DNA of 64,000 nucleotides, from assembly GCA_040755995.1 (NCBI GenBank), contig JBFMAF010000036.1:256001-320000 (forward strand), read 5' to 3'. Positions within the stretch are counted from its first letter, which is position 1; each line of letters begins with the position of its first letter. Below the pieces are notes generated by a model. The model was not told the DNA's origin and did not search any database. It saw only the letters and a program-made list of their open reading frames with translations. The DNA comes from Acidobacteriota bacterium. GTDB lineage: Bacteria > Acidobacteriota > CAIWXX01. Below, piece after piece: positions 17,101 to 26,696 of the stretch. A program made the translations under genes and the position numbers.

Positions 17101-20099
17101 CCGGACGCACGACCACCTTCGGCATCAATGGCTCGGGCGACCTCACCTCAGTCCAGCTCCCGGACGGATCCGTCACCCACTTCGCGTACGACGGCCGTCA
17201 TCTGATCCAGTCGGTGACAGACCCCAGAGAAAGCGTCACCTCCTATGTGTGGCACCAGGCGTATCCAAGGTTGCTGGAGATTCACAAGCCCGGTGGGTCC
17301 GAGGTTCAGCTCGACCCAGCCTACTTCCACAATCTGATAAACGGCATGAGCGGCACCGAACAGAGCCCGGCACCGCCCGTGCCCGTGGTGCCTTCAGAAA
17401 GTGTGCTCACCGACGAGCTTGGGCGCCAGACCAGCTACAAGTGGCAGATCTACGAGAACGAGACCTCGGGCAACACGGTCTACCTGGAGACAGTGCGCGA
17501 CGCGGCAGGCCGCGAGACGAAGCGATACCTGCATCCGCGGATGGAATCGCAGGAACTCTTGCGAATCGAGCCGGACGGCTCGCGAATGCGCAACACGTAT
17601 GACGCCGATGAGGGACGCTACGCGCTGATGGTCAGAGACCTCAGCGAGCCCACCTGTGGCTCGTGGTGCCCGCAGTACGACTACCAGATCAAGGCGGAGT
17701 ACACGTACGAGCCGGTCTTCAAGCAGGTGGCCACTTCCACCGACATGGGTCAACACACCACCAGCTACGCATACAATTCATACGGCGATCTTGTCTCCAC
17801 CACTGACCCGCTCGGGCACGCAACCACGATGACCTACGACTCGAAGGGGCGGCTTGAGACTGTCACCGATGCCGCGGGGGCGGTGACGCGCTATGAGCAT
17901 GATTCTCGCGGTAACCGGACGAAGACGATCGACCCGCTCGGTCGCGAGACGGCGATGTGGTATGACGCTGCGGGTAACATGACATCGCTGATAGATCCTG
18001 CCGGGAAGATGACTCGCTGGGAATACGATCAGGTCGGTCGAGTCACGAAGGTGATCGATCCTGCGGGAGGCCGGACGAGCTACGTCTACGAGCCGAGTTG
18101 CTGCAGCGGCTGCGGCGGCGGAGGTAGCAGCGGCCTGCTCAAGTCGATCACCGATCCTGCCGGGCACACAACGACCTTCGAGTACGATCCTGCCGGGCGC
18201 ATGACCGCCGTGGTGAATCCCCTCGGGACTCGCAAGGAGTATACGTATGATCTCGCCGGGAGGCTCGTGAAGTTCAAGAACGGGCGCGGTCAGGAGATCT
18301 CGTATCAGTATGACGTCTCCAACAACCTCCTGAAGAAGACCCTTCCCGACGAAGGGGACGTGGACTATGCTTATAATGTGAATAATCAGCTGACTCAGGT
18401 GACTGATGCCGACTCCATTCTGCGCTACGAATACGCGACCCAGACGGGCGGGTGGCTCCTCAAGGGACAGAAGAGCAGGGAGTGGTTTGGAGTCAAAGGC
18501 GACCCGCGGTATGAGAAGCAGAGTTCCGGCTCGATCGTCTACGAGTATCGCGGAGATGAGAGCGGACACCGTTGGGAATTCCTGGGGAATGTCTTCATGC
18601 GCGCGGATCTTCCAGACGGAAGAGTCACCAACTGGGGAATCGACATGAAATGGAATGGGGGCCATCAGTTGGCGAACCTCATGGCCCACAGTGGGAACGC
18701 AGCCGGGAGCGCTTTCACATACGACCCCGCCGGTCGCCGCACACAGATGGCCATTCAGATGTTCGGTGGCGGGACGTGGGCTGAGACGAACTACCAGTAC
18801 GACCTCGCGGGGCAGTTACTGCAACTCTCGCACGGAACGCGCGGAGGCCCGACACTCCGCACCTACTCGTACTCTTACGATCAAGCTGGGAACCGCACGT
18901 CCATGGTCGACAACCAGGGCGCCCACGGATACGGCTACGATGACAAGTACCAGTTGTCGACGGCCACGCATCCGATCGATCCGGCCGAGAGCTTCCAGTA
19001 CGATCCTGTCGGAAATCGCACCTCTTCTCACATTTCTCCGAGCTACACGTACAACGCGGCGAACCAGCTTCTGGAGGATGCGGAATTCACGTATTCGTAC
19101 GATCTCGATGGAAACTGCGTTGGCAAGTTGAACAAGCTCACAGGCGAGCGGCACGAATACATCTTCGACTCCGAGAACCGGATGACCGGTTACAGGAAGT
19201 ACGACATCCAGGGACCTGTCACGACCGCGGACTACTCTTACGACGCCGTTGGCCGCCGCATTGCGAAAAGCGTCAACGGTGTGCTGACGCGCTTCCTCTA
19301 CCACGAGGAGGATGTCTGGATGCAGCTCCGCGCCGACGGCTGGCCCGAGCGCTACTACTTCCATGGGCCCGGAATAGACGAGCCGCTCTGGACATGGCAA
19401 GGGGAGTTCACCGACAGCCATTTCTACATGCCCGACGCGCTCGGTACCATCCGCGACATGCGCAACTACACCTGGACCGGCAACCCCATCGTCGCCAGCT
19501 TCACCTACGACTCCTTCGGCCAGATCACTTCATCCACTCCACCTCCAGGCGCCCCCGACATCTACCGCTATACCGGCCGCGAGTGGGATCCTGAGAGCGG
19601 GTTGTACGCGTTCCGCAGTAGATTCTACGATCCACATACGGGCAGGTTCCTCGCTGAGGACCCGTTCGGATTCATGGCGGATGAGAATTTCTACCGATAT
19701 GTTACCAACAACCCGGTGACGTTCAACGATCCATTTGGACTCGCCGGAACGGTGGCCGCTGGAGCGACCATTGGATCTGCCTGTGGACCATGGGGCACGG
19801 CGATAGGTTCGGCCATCGGTCTCATAGCTGGGATCATTATCGGGGAGGAAATCGCTGAGCACTGCAAGCCCCGCGAGGAATGCCCCAAGAAGAAGGGCGA
19901 CAAGTGGATGTGTGAGGGCCCAGCCAAGTACGAGCTAATTGGACAAAACAAATCGGTGGTATGGGGTGGCTGGATAGTTGCGTATGGAAACAGCGAAACA
20001 GCGGCAAGGTATAACTGGATTAGGGCGGCCCAGGCTGCCGCCCCCAGGGGCACTACAGCAAGACACGTCTATCCAAGGAAATGCACGAAGATCAGGTGA
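14127..20099 (+). CDS. Teneurin-like RHS/YD-repeat polymorphic toxin (2 Ig-like repeats, carboxypeptidase-regulatory-like domain, discoidin-like insert, YD shell, RHS core, C-terminal extension)
   Basis: Many YD repeats; core YRYTGREWDPESGLYAFRSRFYDPHTGRFLAEDP...NNPVTFNDPFGL; 118-aa tail after DPFGL. Confidence 0.92.
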   Translation: MYVVHGELRLTQGGQLIRSWLEIRKARPDPNGELRLQFQWAWDGTDALGRPVGDGAKNWTFRAKFRGATDTESGVVGVDRLPPTISIEQPEEGQITGASVAVSVTWSDALSGIDVSTASATLDGSPVSGLTIDGSGAHGTLEGVAGGPHTLGASVADFAGHKVTATRDFVTDRTAPVLTINQPGGQISGSTVPVDITWQDSPAGIDATTGVVELDGSPTSGLTIDEAGARGTLEGVTGGPHSLSASVRDQVGNEASASSGFEVTTGQPGVQKTSIVGTVADSTGAQLAGVEVWSPAASQAVTTDAAGRFLIEMTSAGTHWLTFEKEGWIPVQRPAPVPEGQHFNIGEVRVVAADPQITTIGPAGGTATDSSGDVELIVPPGALPEAVEIRLTHIPTSKELPGPLNASDNVQFPISYTFCVYLEPYGTAFSQAVTLRYPNRWGFAAGHRIPTALWDQSANKWIPDGGHMIVSQDGATIQSQLTSFSLPGQRSTLARTARGVEQQEPPKGVARDANAGNGGPGTGAKPGQAKPPDPCQSKGSIVRVASSSYSKSVSLPATTCLGSNTALSFTYRSETASPHALVRTATWFGPEASTMLNWRYSVYVNGRRSDVIFQPLTENQILNYVWDGRNGLGDLSPTGLYTYRAEVGARYDGYYTNEETWGGMPTGLISARSGEPVEKRFLLEDELALVNGVDSPFGSGWHLSGVPRLFLQNDGKVLVVEDGSPGTVYYPWINYARISEGASVAGVRNEGYPGQGDKRNMIGYHGTGAKFAGVPEEIDYRDSFMFNSSSGPYDWVVLDLGEEREIDTIGLSFKVALTPNAIVSAPIIRIYTSLDNQNWSLWSEAFEETLENAMPRKLSSPYLATHASPETARYVKYEVQPPFERGVSAQTLIYRLYAFGASDRYGTGENGQEEDYPRLRRLQAGGWEQTERDGTAWVYDQAGLLQSIADSHGNTTIYGWTDGLLTRITDPAGGFTTLDYASGKLSAVTDAAGRTTTFGINGSGDLTSVQLPDGSVTHFAYDGRHLIQSVTDPRESVTSYVWHQAYPRLLEIHKPGGSEVQLDPAYFHNLINGMSGTEQSPAPPVPVVPSESVLTDELGRQTSYKWQIYENETSGNTVYLETVRDAAGRETKRYLHPRMESQELLRIEPDGSRMRNTYDADEGRYALMVRDLSEPTCGSWCPQYDYQIKAEYTYEPVFKQVATSTDMGQHTTSYAYNSYGDLVSTTDPLGHATTMTYDSKGRLETVTDAAGAVTRYEHDSRGNRTKTIDPLGRETAMWYDAAGNMTSLIDPAGKMTRWEYDQVGRVTKVIDPAGGRTSYVYEPSCCSGCGGGGSSGLLKSITDPAGHTTTFEYDPAGRMTAVVNPLGTRKEYTYDLAGRLVKFKNGRGQEISYQYDVSNNLLKKTLPDEGDVDYAYNVNNQLTQVTDADSILRYEYATQTGGWLLKGQKSREWFGVKGDPRYEKQSSGSIVYEYRGDESGHRWEFLGNVFMRADLPDGRVTNWGIDMKWNGGHQLANLMAHSGNAAGSAFTYDPAGRRTQMAIQMFGGGTWAETNYQYDLAGQLLQLSHGTRGGPTLRTYSYSYDQAGNRTSMVDNQGAHGYGYDDKYQLSTATHPIDPAESFQYDPVGNRTSSHISPSYTYNAANQLLEDAEFTYSYDLDGNCVGKLNKLTGERHEYIFDSENRMTGYRKYDIQGPVTTADYSYDAVGRRIAKSVNGVLTRFLYHEEDVWMQLRADGWPERYYFHGPGIDEPLWTWQGEFTDSHFYMPDALGTIRDMRNYTWTGNPIVASFTYDSFGQITSSTPPPGAPDIYRYTGREWDPESGLYAFRSRFYDPHTGRFLAEDPFGFMADENFYRYVTNNPVTFNDPFGLAGTVAAGATIGSACGPWGTAIGSAIGLIAGIIIGEEIAEHCKPREECPKKKGDKWMCEGPAKYELIGQNKSVVWGGWIVAYGNSETAARYNWIRAAQAAAPRGTTARHVYPRKCTKIR

Positions 20100-20114
20100 G
20101 GCTGGGGGTGCAGT

Positions 20115-20537
20115 GTGGATATTAGATATCTAAGCGCCGAACTGGACGTTGAATCAAGGAATGACCTTTCGCCTCTTCTGAATGACCTAGGGGAGGATGT
20201 GATCGTTCTCTATCATGGGCCAATCAACGGGATAGACCACGCCTCAGTTAGGATAGCGCATGCATATTGTGCAGGACCAGATGAAACCATCGAAGGCTAT
20301 TGCCGCTTGATTGAGAACCTGTCACCACAGGCCAGGGCGATTTGGGACTCTTGCTTCTTGCGAGTATTCGATATCGGATTTGAATGTGGATCATCGCCAA
20401 GTCGCTATCGGTTCGAACTGAGATCTTCAACTGTGAATGGTGTCGCAGCAATTGGCGCCAGCATTGCCTTTTCTCTGTATCCCGAAGTAGTCGAAGATAC
20501 GCCGGTGGACGCGAAGGAACAGCCACTCATGGGATAG
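20115..20537 (+). CDS. Candidate immunity protein for the RHS toxin
   Basis: 140 aa, 15 nt after the toxin stop, same strand; visibly more AT-rich, like the toxin tip. Confidence 0.65.
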   Translation: MDIRYLSAELDVESRNDLSPLLNDLGEDVIVLYHGPINGIDHASVRIAHAYCAGPDETIEGYCRLIENLSPQARAIWDSCFLRVFDIGFECGSSPSRYRFELRSSTVNGVAAIGASIAFSLYPEVVEDTPVDAKEQPLMG

Positions 20538-20618
20538 GGTGGTCGACAGAGAGCGCCAGGTCTTCAGTTTTCACTTTTCCGTGCATGAGGGCGGCGGCTC
20601 AGGCGCGGCGGCGCTTCT

Positions 20619-20714
20619 CTACCCGACGATTCTTCTGATCTGGCCCTTGGCGATGAGGGCGTCGATGAGCTTGACGGCGGTGTCCTGGTCGTCCTTAGGG
20701 AGCGATTCCATCGT
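20619..20714 (-). pseudogene. 3' remnant of an XRE-family HTH regulator (copy 1)
   Basis: TMESLPKDDQDTAVKLIDALIAKGQIRRIVG*; resembles the C-terminal helix of copy 2. Confidence 0.5.
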
Positions 20715-20742
20715 GCGGACCGTGTCGTTACATTTTACATTT
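20715..20742 (+). repeat. RAYT-associated left-end motif, copy A
   Basis: gcggaccgtgtcgttacattttacattt, 27/28 identical to 21057-21084. Confidence 0.85.
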
Positions 20743-20836
20743 CTCGCCGCTGGCGTGCGTCGCGCTAGACTGGGACCTTGACCCATGAGCGGTGCCGCGT
20801 GTTGATCTTCAACTCTTCGCGCCCGCGGGGACGGGC

Positions 20837-21046
20837 TCAGGCGCGGCGATGCTTGTCGATCTGCGCTTCGACAGAGCGGCGGGTGATGACGCTGTCGATG
20901 AGGAGGATGATGGCCTCGCGATCCTGACGTTCGAGTTTCTCAGCTTCCAGGAATCGCTCATGGAGGCGTAGGTCACTGATAGCGGGGATTGTCTGGGCCT
21001 TCCCTTCATCACGACCCAGAAGCAGAACATCGGCCGAAATGTGCAG
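20837..21046 (-). pseudogene. 3' remnant of an XRE-family HTH regulator (copy 2)
   Basis: LHISADVLLLGRDEGKAQTIPAISDLRLHERFLEAEKLERQDREAIILLIDSVITRRSVEAQIDKHRRA*; begins at the last helix of the XRE HTH, with no start codon. Confidence 0.6.
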
Positions 21047-21056
21047 ACTTCGTCGG

Positions 21057-21950
21057 GCGGACCGTGTCTTTACATTTTACATTTGTCGACGGGCGTGTCG
21101 GTTCCGGATAGAGTTGGAACGTGAGCCGCTCGACCAGGTTGGAATTCAAGGGGGCGGTTTATCATGTCATGTCGAGAGGCGTGGCGCGGATGCCAGTGTT
21201 TCTCGACGATACGGACCGGACCGGTTTTGTGGATAGGGTGGGGGAATTGGTTGGCAGTGACAATCTGGTAGTTCACGCCTTCTGCCTCATGCCCAACCAC
21301 TACCACTTGCTCTGCGAGACGCCGCACGGGGGGCTGGCGAGGCTGCTGCGACATATCAATGGGGACTACGCTCGTGTTTTCAATCGCCGTCACCGTCGCG
21401 TGGGACACCTGTGGCAGGGCAGGTACAAGGCGATACTGGTGGGCGACGGCCCCTACATGCTGGAGTGCTCCAGGTACATTCATCTCAACCCCAACCGGTC
21501 GCGCATGACACGGCCTGCTGAGCGGTACGGGTGGTCGAGCTACCGCAATTACATAGGCGCCGGTGAGCCTTGTGTTCCGTGGGTTGCGACCGGAAGAATC
21601 ATGGCATCGTTCGAAGGCAACCGCCGCCGCTACCGGCGATGGGTCGAGGCCGGCAAGGGCGAGAAGGCGATCAGCCCGTTCGAAAGGGCAGTGGCTGGCT
21701 TGGTGCTGGGAAGCGAAGCTCTTGTTGCTCGCGTCAGGGATTTGTTGGACGGGCGTGGGATTGTCGTTGACGAGCCGTCGCTGAGGCATCTGAGCTCCGC
21801 GCGCGACCGGCCTCTTCCTGGTGAGATCGAGAAGCTTGCGCAGCAGATGTTCTACGAGGAGACACCGCGGCGGCGCCGAACTCTGCTGTACTACGCGCTC
21901 AGGAAGTACTCTGCTCTGGGAGTCTCCGAAGTGGCTCGCCGTTGCGAGCG
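21057..21950 (+). mobile_element. REP-associated tyrosine transposase (RAYT/Y1 HUH), CDS from 21121, 3' end truncated and fused
   Basis: YHVMSRG, FCLMPNHYHLL (HUH), GHLWQGRYKA, YIHLNP, YGWSSY; the ORF runs on into unrelated sequence after about 21950. Confidence 0.88.
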
Positions 21951-22390
21951 CACGCGAGTACGCGAGGAGCCAGGCAGGAAGTACCTGCTAATACTACCCG
22001 CGAAGAAGAGGTGGCCACTCATTCTGCTTCTTGTTCCGTGGCTTGGCATCTGCGGAGTCGGGCTCAGCTTCGGCACCGTTATCTTCGTCAACGGCACAGC
22101 GAGGACAGACCTCTTTCTCATTCTCGGAATTGGTCTCACCTGGATACTATGGGCTCTCGCGGTCACCGGTCTGCTATGGCTCCTATTCGGCGCGGAGGTC
22201 ATCGAACTGAGTGGCTCCGGTCAAACCTATCGGCGTACCACCGGCCCGATAGGACTGGGCCGCGGGCTACGGTTTGACCTAGGTCACGTGGCGAATCTCC
22301 GGATCTCCTACCTACCGCCGGGTCTGTGGGACTCCACTTCCCTCCTGAAACTCATCGGCTTGGCGGGCGGACCGCTGGCCTTCGATTGGG
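21951..22390 (+). pseudogene. Internal fragment of a 2-TM membrane protein fused in frame to the RAYT
   Basis: Abrupt switch to hydrophobic sequence (WPLILLLVPWLGICGVG...WLLFGAEVIEL...GPLAFDW). Confidence 0.5.
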
Positions 22391-22921
22391 CGGCGAGACC
22401 GCGCCATACTCGATCTCATGTGCTCGGCCGGCTTGCGGCTCGGGGAAGTGGCCGCGCTCGATGTGCAGGACCTCGATCTCAGTTCCGGCACCCTGCACGT
22501 GCGCCGTAGCAAAAACGGCAGAGGCAGGGACGTGCCGCTTGGCGAAACCGCTGTGACCAGGCTTCTCGATTATCTCCAACACTCGCGCCCGGGCTTCGTG
22601 CAGAGCCCTGGCTGCGCCGCGCTCTTCCTCTCCGGCGACCAGAGCTGCTTCGCCGGAAACCGCCTCACAACCCATGGCATGCGGTACATCATGCACCGGA
22701 TTGCCCGAAAGGCCGGACTCGATCGCCACATCAACCCCCACCAGGTTCGACACGCCTGCGCCACTCACATGCTGCGCGCCGGCTGCGACCTGCGCCACAT
22801 CCAGCAGCTCCTCGGCCACGCCCACATCGACACAACCGAGATCTACACCCAGGTCGACGTGAACGACCTCGCCGATGTCCTCGCCCGCTCCCACCCCCGC
22901 TGCAAACCGCAGCACTCATAG
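22391..22921 (+). pseudogene. Catalytic half of a XerC/XerD-like tyrosine recombinase (N-terminal domain missing)
   Basis: RDRAILDLMCSAGLRLGEV...SKNGRGRDVPLG...HQVRHACATHML...IQQLLGHAHIDTTEIYT: the R-K-H-R-H-Y set is present. Confidence 0.88.
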
Positions 22922-23064
22922 CAGCGAAAGAAAAAACAGCAAGGGGATGACTCGATGTGGAATTCTGGGCCGAGGCAAGGTAGAATACGGGGGTCGAGCG
23001 CGGCCACACAGTCCTTGGGTGAGCCACGCCGGAGCAAGACGCGCTGTCTATCGGTAGTCCTAGC

Positions 23065-24927
23065 ATGTCCACTTCATCCACGGGGCGGGATCCGGGGCCA
23101 CTGGGGGGCGCCCCGGGTGTGGCGGGGCGCAGCGTGCCGGGCGGTTCCACACAATCCACGCAGGGCCAGCAATTGCCGCTCTCGCAGGTCGAGGGGGGCT
23201 TCGAAGGCGAGGAGACGAGGCCGCTTGCCAGTGGCAGGCACAGCGCCGTCTCGTCGCTGCTGGCGGATCTGGCGAAGACGGCGCGATCGTTCACTCTGTA
23301 CGATCCTCGCAACGATGCCATCCGTCAGTTCCTGGCTTCCTTGAACGAGAGTCTCTCGAGAACGCTCGAGAGCGAGGGCACCGTGCGGATCGACGTTCAG
23401 CCCTTCGAGATGGGCTTCGAAGGGGAGGTTGTGTATCTGAACAAGGATAGAGACCGCAGCCTTGCGTTCCGGCTCTATCGCGACGGTGTCCGGTGCATCA
23501 CAATCCGTCCCGGATTCACTTGGGACGAGCTGCTGGAGCTCCTCCAAATACTCTCCATCCGGTACGTAGGCGTCCATCAGCACGAAGACGATATGGTCAC
23601 TCTGCTCTGGAAGGCTAATTTCCAGCATATGGATGTGGCGGCCGTCGAGGGCTTCACACCGAGCGAGGATGGGACGCCCCAGGACGATAGAGGGTTGGCA
23701 AACGGCAAACCCGCGGGATCGGACGACGTTGACGGAGCCATGCCACAGGAGCTCCTCGCAACGATGGAAGAGGTGCCGCAATTCTCCCGGCCCTACGAAC
23801 CCGTCGCCTGGGTGAGCGTCGCTCCGGAACGACTGCAGGAGATTCGAGGGGAAGCGTCGGACCACACACTCCCGACTTCGTGCAATGCCCTTCTGAAGCA
23901 CACCTGCACGTTTCTGCGCGACCCTGACGCTGCCTGGCGTTTCGCGGAGGTGTCGCACCTGTTCGCGGAGGTCCGCGATTTCCTGCTGGCCGGCGAGCGG
24001 CTTCCTGATCTCGAGAAACTGGTCGACATGTTGGATGGGCTGGCCACAGGTCCGCCTCCACCGTGGGACCCCGGGAGACGCGATGCGGTGCTTCAAGTGT
24101 TGAGCGGATGCCGGGAAAGGCGCGCCATCAAAAGGCTGTTACACACCACGGCGGTGGCTCACCGCGTTGTCCCGCCCGAGCTGGTCCGGTTGGTGGGGCG
24201 TCTTTGCAGTGATCCGGTGGAGGTGGTGATGGAGACGCTGGTGGAGGAGCGGAGTCCGGCGGCCCGCGCGCTCGCCAGGCAGCTGCTGGAACACTTCGGG
24301 CGGAATCGAGTGGAGGAGCTGCGTGCGCGCTTCGCGAAGCTGCCCGGAAGCATGGCCAGTGACCTCCTTCGGGTCCTCGCGCACATCGACCTGGACAACT
24401 CCGCGATGTTCATCGCCCGGCAGTCCTGGCACACCGACCCCGGTGTTCAAGACGAGGCGCTGTGGCACCTGGAGAACATTCCCTATTCGGGCCCCCTCGG
24501 CAGGCACCTCTTCGAGGCCGCCTGCAGGCTCGATCCGTCACGGCGTGTTCGGGTTTTCAAGCTGATCTTGCAGAGCAAAGACCCGCGTTTTGTCGATCGA
24601 ATGGCCCGGCACATCGAGCAGCAGGGGGACGTGATTTCTCCGCAGGATGCTGAGGAGCTCGGGAGGGTGATGGGGCGGCTCGGAGGCACATCTCGGGTCC
24701 CGCTCTGGAAGGCGTGGCTCACCCCGGCCGGCTGGATACGCAAGATCTTGCGAGGCCCGATGGCGTGCCAGATCGCCGCGGCCGGGGCGCTCAGCGAGAT
24801 TCGCAGTGAGGAGGTGCGGGCGATTCTGGAGGAAGCGGCGGCCTGTGCGAAGGGTAGCCCGGTCTTGGAATGGATCGAGCGCTCGATAGAGAGGTGGGAG
24901 GCCGGCGCAGGGAGGAAATCGAAGTGA
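23065..24927 (+). CDS. Helical/HEAT-like repeat protein coupled to an HD-domain protein
   Basis: 620 aa; LAFRLYRDGVRCITIRPG...DDMVTLLWKANF N-terminal region; GTGA overlap with the next gene. Confidence 0.7.
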   Translation: MSTSSTGRDPGPLGGAPGVAGRSVPGGSTQSTQGQQLPLSQVEGGFEGEETRPLASGRHSAVSSLLADLAKTARSFTLYDPRNDAIRQFLASLNESLSRTLESEGTVRIDVQPFEMGFEGEVVYLNKDRDRSLAFRLYRDGVRCITIRPGFTWDELLELLQILSIRYVGVHQHEDDMVTLLWKANFQHMDVAAVEGFTPSEDGTPQDDRGLANGKPAGSDDVDGAMPQELLATMEEVPQFSRPYEPVAWVSVAPERLQEIRGEASDHTLPTSCNALLKHTCTFLRDPDAAWRFAEVSHLFAEVRDFLLAGERLPDLEKLVDMLDGLATGPPPPWDPGRRDAVLQVLSGCRERRAIKRLLHTTAVAHRVVPPELVRLVGRLCSDPVEVVMETLVEERSPAARALARQLLEHFGRNRVEELRARFAKLPGSMASDLLRVLAHIDLDNSAMFIARQSWHTDPGVQDEALWHLENIPYSGPLGRHLFEAACRLDPSRRVRVFKLILQSKDPRFVDRMARHIEQQGDVISPQDAEELGRVMGRLGGTSRVPLWKAWLTPAGWIRKILRGPMACQIAAAGALSEIRSEEVRAILEEAAACAKGSPVLEWIERSIERWEAGAGRKSK

Positions 24928-26387
24928 GCACGATCTCGACTGGGGTCGCGGGCCTCGAGCAGGCTCTGGCTCGCGCCGCACTCTCGGATGACCGGGAGCT
25001 GGCGGCGAAGGTGCGCGAGGATGGCAGACGGTTCGTGTTTCTATTGGGCGGGCTCATGCGCATGAGCCGGCTTTACGATCCAGAGAATTCTGCCTACATC
25101 TCCCCGTCCAACGACGCCGCCGCGGCCTTGGCTGGACTTGTCGAGCTTCTCGGCGCGGTCCACATAGTGTGCGTCGAGGACCAGATCTACATCAACGACA
25201 TCCGCCTGCGCGTGGCCGCGTCGGAGCAGGCGGTGGCCGACAGTTTCATTGCGAGTCTTGCGGCGCACAAGGTTGGAGGGCTGTCGCTTCACCGCGGGCT
25301 GCGCCCAGACCAGGTGAAGCACCTGGCCATGACCCTGGCGCGTCCCCAGGCAACCTCGGTTCACCCCCTTCAGAGTATCCGCTCTCACCTGGCCTCGCTC
25401 ACCTCTGTCGAGGTGACGGGAGAATACCGTTTCAGGGTCGCGGGCGAAGGGGAGAAGAAGAAGAGGGACATGGGCGCGGCGCTCGGGCAATGCGACGCAG
25501 TCATAAAGGAGGCACTGAAGAACCTGGGTGCAGATCGCATGCCCAACCCTTTGCCTGTCAGACGCTCGGTGATCGAACTGCTCGAAGCCATCCGCGCAGA
25601 CCCGAACGAAGCCCTGGCTTCTTTGCGGCGCAGGCAGGCGGGAATCGCCGGCCAGCAGCATCTGGTTGCGGTCTCCAGCCAGGCAATGCTTCTCGGCCAG
25701 GCACTCGGGCTGTCTGATGCCGACTTGAGCGATCTTGGAGTGGCCGCGATGCTGCACGACGTCGGCGCGATCACTTGCCCCGACCGGACAGGCCACGCGG
25801 CGGCCGGCGCGCGAATCCTCCTGCGGCAGCGCGGCTTCCACGAGGCAAAGGTCCGCCGCCTCCTGCTAGTCCTGGAACATCATCTCCCTTATGTTCAGTC
25901 CGGAGAAAGGGGCGTCGCGCGGGACGACATTCCGTCGCTCTTCGCCCGCATAGTACATATTGTTGACGACTACGACGTCCTCACGGCCTCGCTCCCCGGC
26001 AAGGTCCCCGCGATGGTGCCTGCCAGGGCTCTCGGCCTCATGTGGGCGGCGCATACGTACGACCCGGACCTCCTAGCCCTGTTCGTTCAGCTGATGGGTC
26101 GCTTGCCTCCGGGCTCTCTCCTCGAGCTTTCGGACGGCAGGTGGGCGGTCAGCGTTTCGGGCGGACGGGACCGCGAGCGATTCACGTGGCCCGTCGTCCG
26201 AATCGTACGCTGCGCGGACGGAACGCCGCCCACGGTGCCCGAAACGATCGACCTGTATGAGTCGCGGGCAAGCCTCCGGCCCAAACGCCTGCTGGATCCG
26301 ACAGCCCGCGAGCAGCGGGATCTCCAGGGCTTGGTCGAGGGTGCACTGAAGCCTCGGCCCGCGCCCGATTCAAGCCCTCCCGCGTGA
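24924..26387 (+). CDS. HD-GYP-like phosphohydrolase (GYP motif not evident)
   Basis: MLHDVG, HAAAGARIL, EHH, ARIVHIVDDYD, GRLPPGSLLELSDG. Confidence 0.8.
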   Translation: MSTISTGVAGLEQALARAALSDDRELAAKVREDGRRFVFLLGGLMRMSRLYDPENSAYISPSNDAAAALAGLVELLGAVHIVCVEDQIYINDIRLRVAASEQAVADSFIASLAAHKVGGLSLHRGLRPDQVKHLAMTLARPQATSVHPLQSIRSHLASLTSVEVTGEYRFRVAGEGEKKKRDMGAALGQCDAVIKEALKNLGADRMPNPLPVRRSVIELLEAIRADPNEALASLRRRQAGIAGQQHLVAVSSQAMLLGQALGLSDADLSDLGVAAMLHDVGAITCPDRTGHAAAGARILLRQRGFHEAKVRRLLLVLEHHLPYVQSGERGVARDDIPSLFARIVHIVDDYDVLTASLPGKVPAMVPARALGLMWAAHTYDPDLLALFVQLMGRLPPGSLLELSDGRWAVSVSGGRDRERFTWPVVRIVRCADGTPPTVPETIDLYESRASLRPKRLLDPTAREQRDLQGLVEGALKPRPAPDSSPPA

Positions 26388-26696
26388 GCCGCGCAGAATC
26401 TCGCCGGAGCCAGCCCACGGAATCCGCGGCCCGGATCACAGGAGACATTTCAAGAGATCTCGCCAGCGTGGGGGCGCCGGAGGAAGAACGACTGCTTCGG
26501 ACGCTTGAGGAGTCGTGGGACTATCTGCATTCTTACAGGAACGTTGGCCGGCACCGTCGAGTCGTGATGCTGCCACAGCGGCGTTGCTCGACGAAGGGAG
26601 GTCACCCTCCATCATCGCCCGCAGAACCTTCTCCAAGGCTCTCGCGTACTTAAGGGCGAGTGACCGTGACGGACCGAGAGAAATGAAAGGAACACC

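Noticed and set aside
17700..18300. Recurrent gatcctgccggg as a DNA repeat array
   Set aside because: It encodes the DPAG of YD repeats within the RHS ORF.
21121..22509. 462-aa membrane-bound transposase as a real protein
   Set aside because: Abrupt junctions; the tail overlaps a Xer fragment in another frame. Best explained as a chimera.
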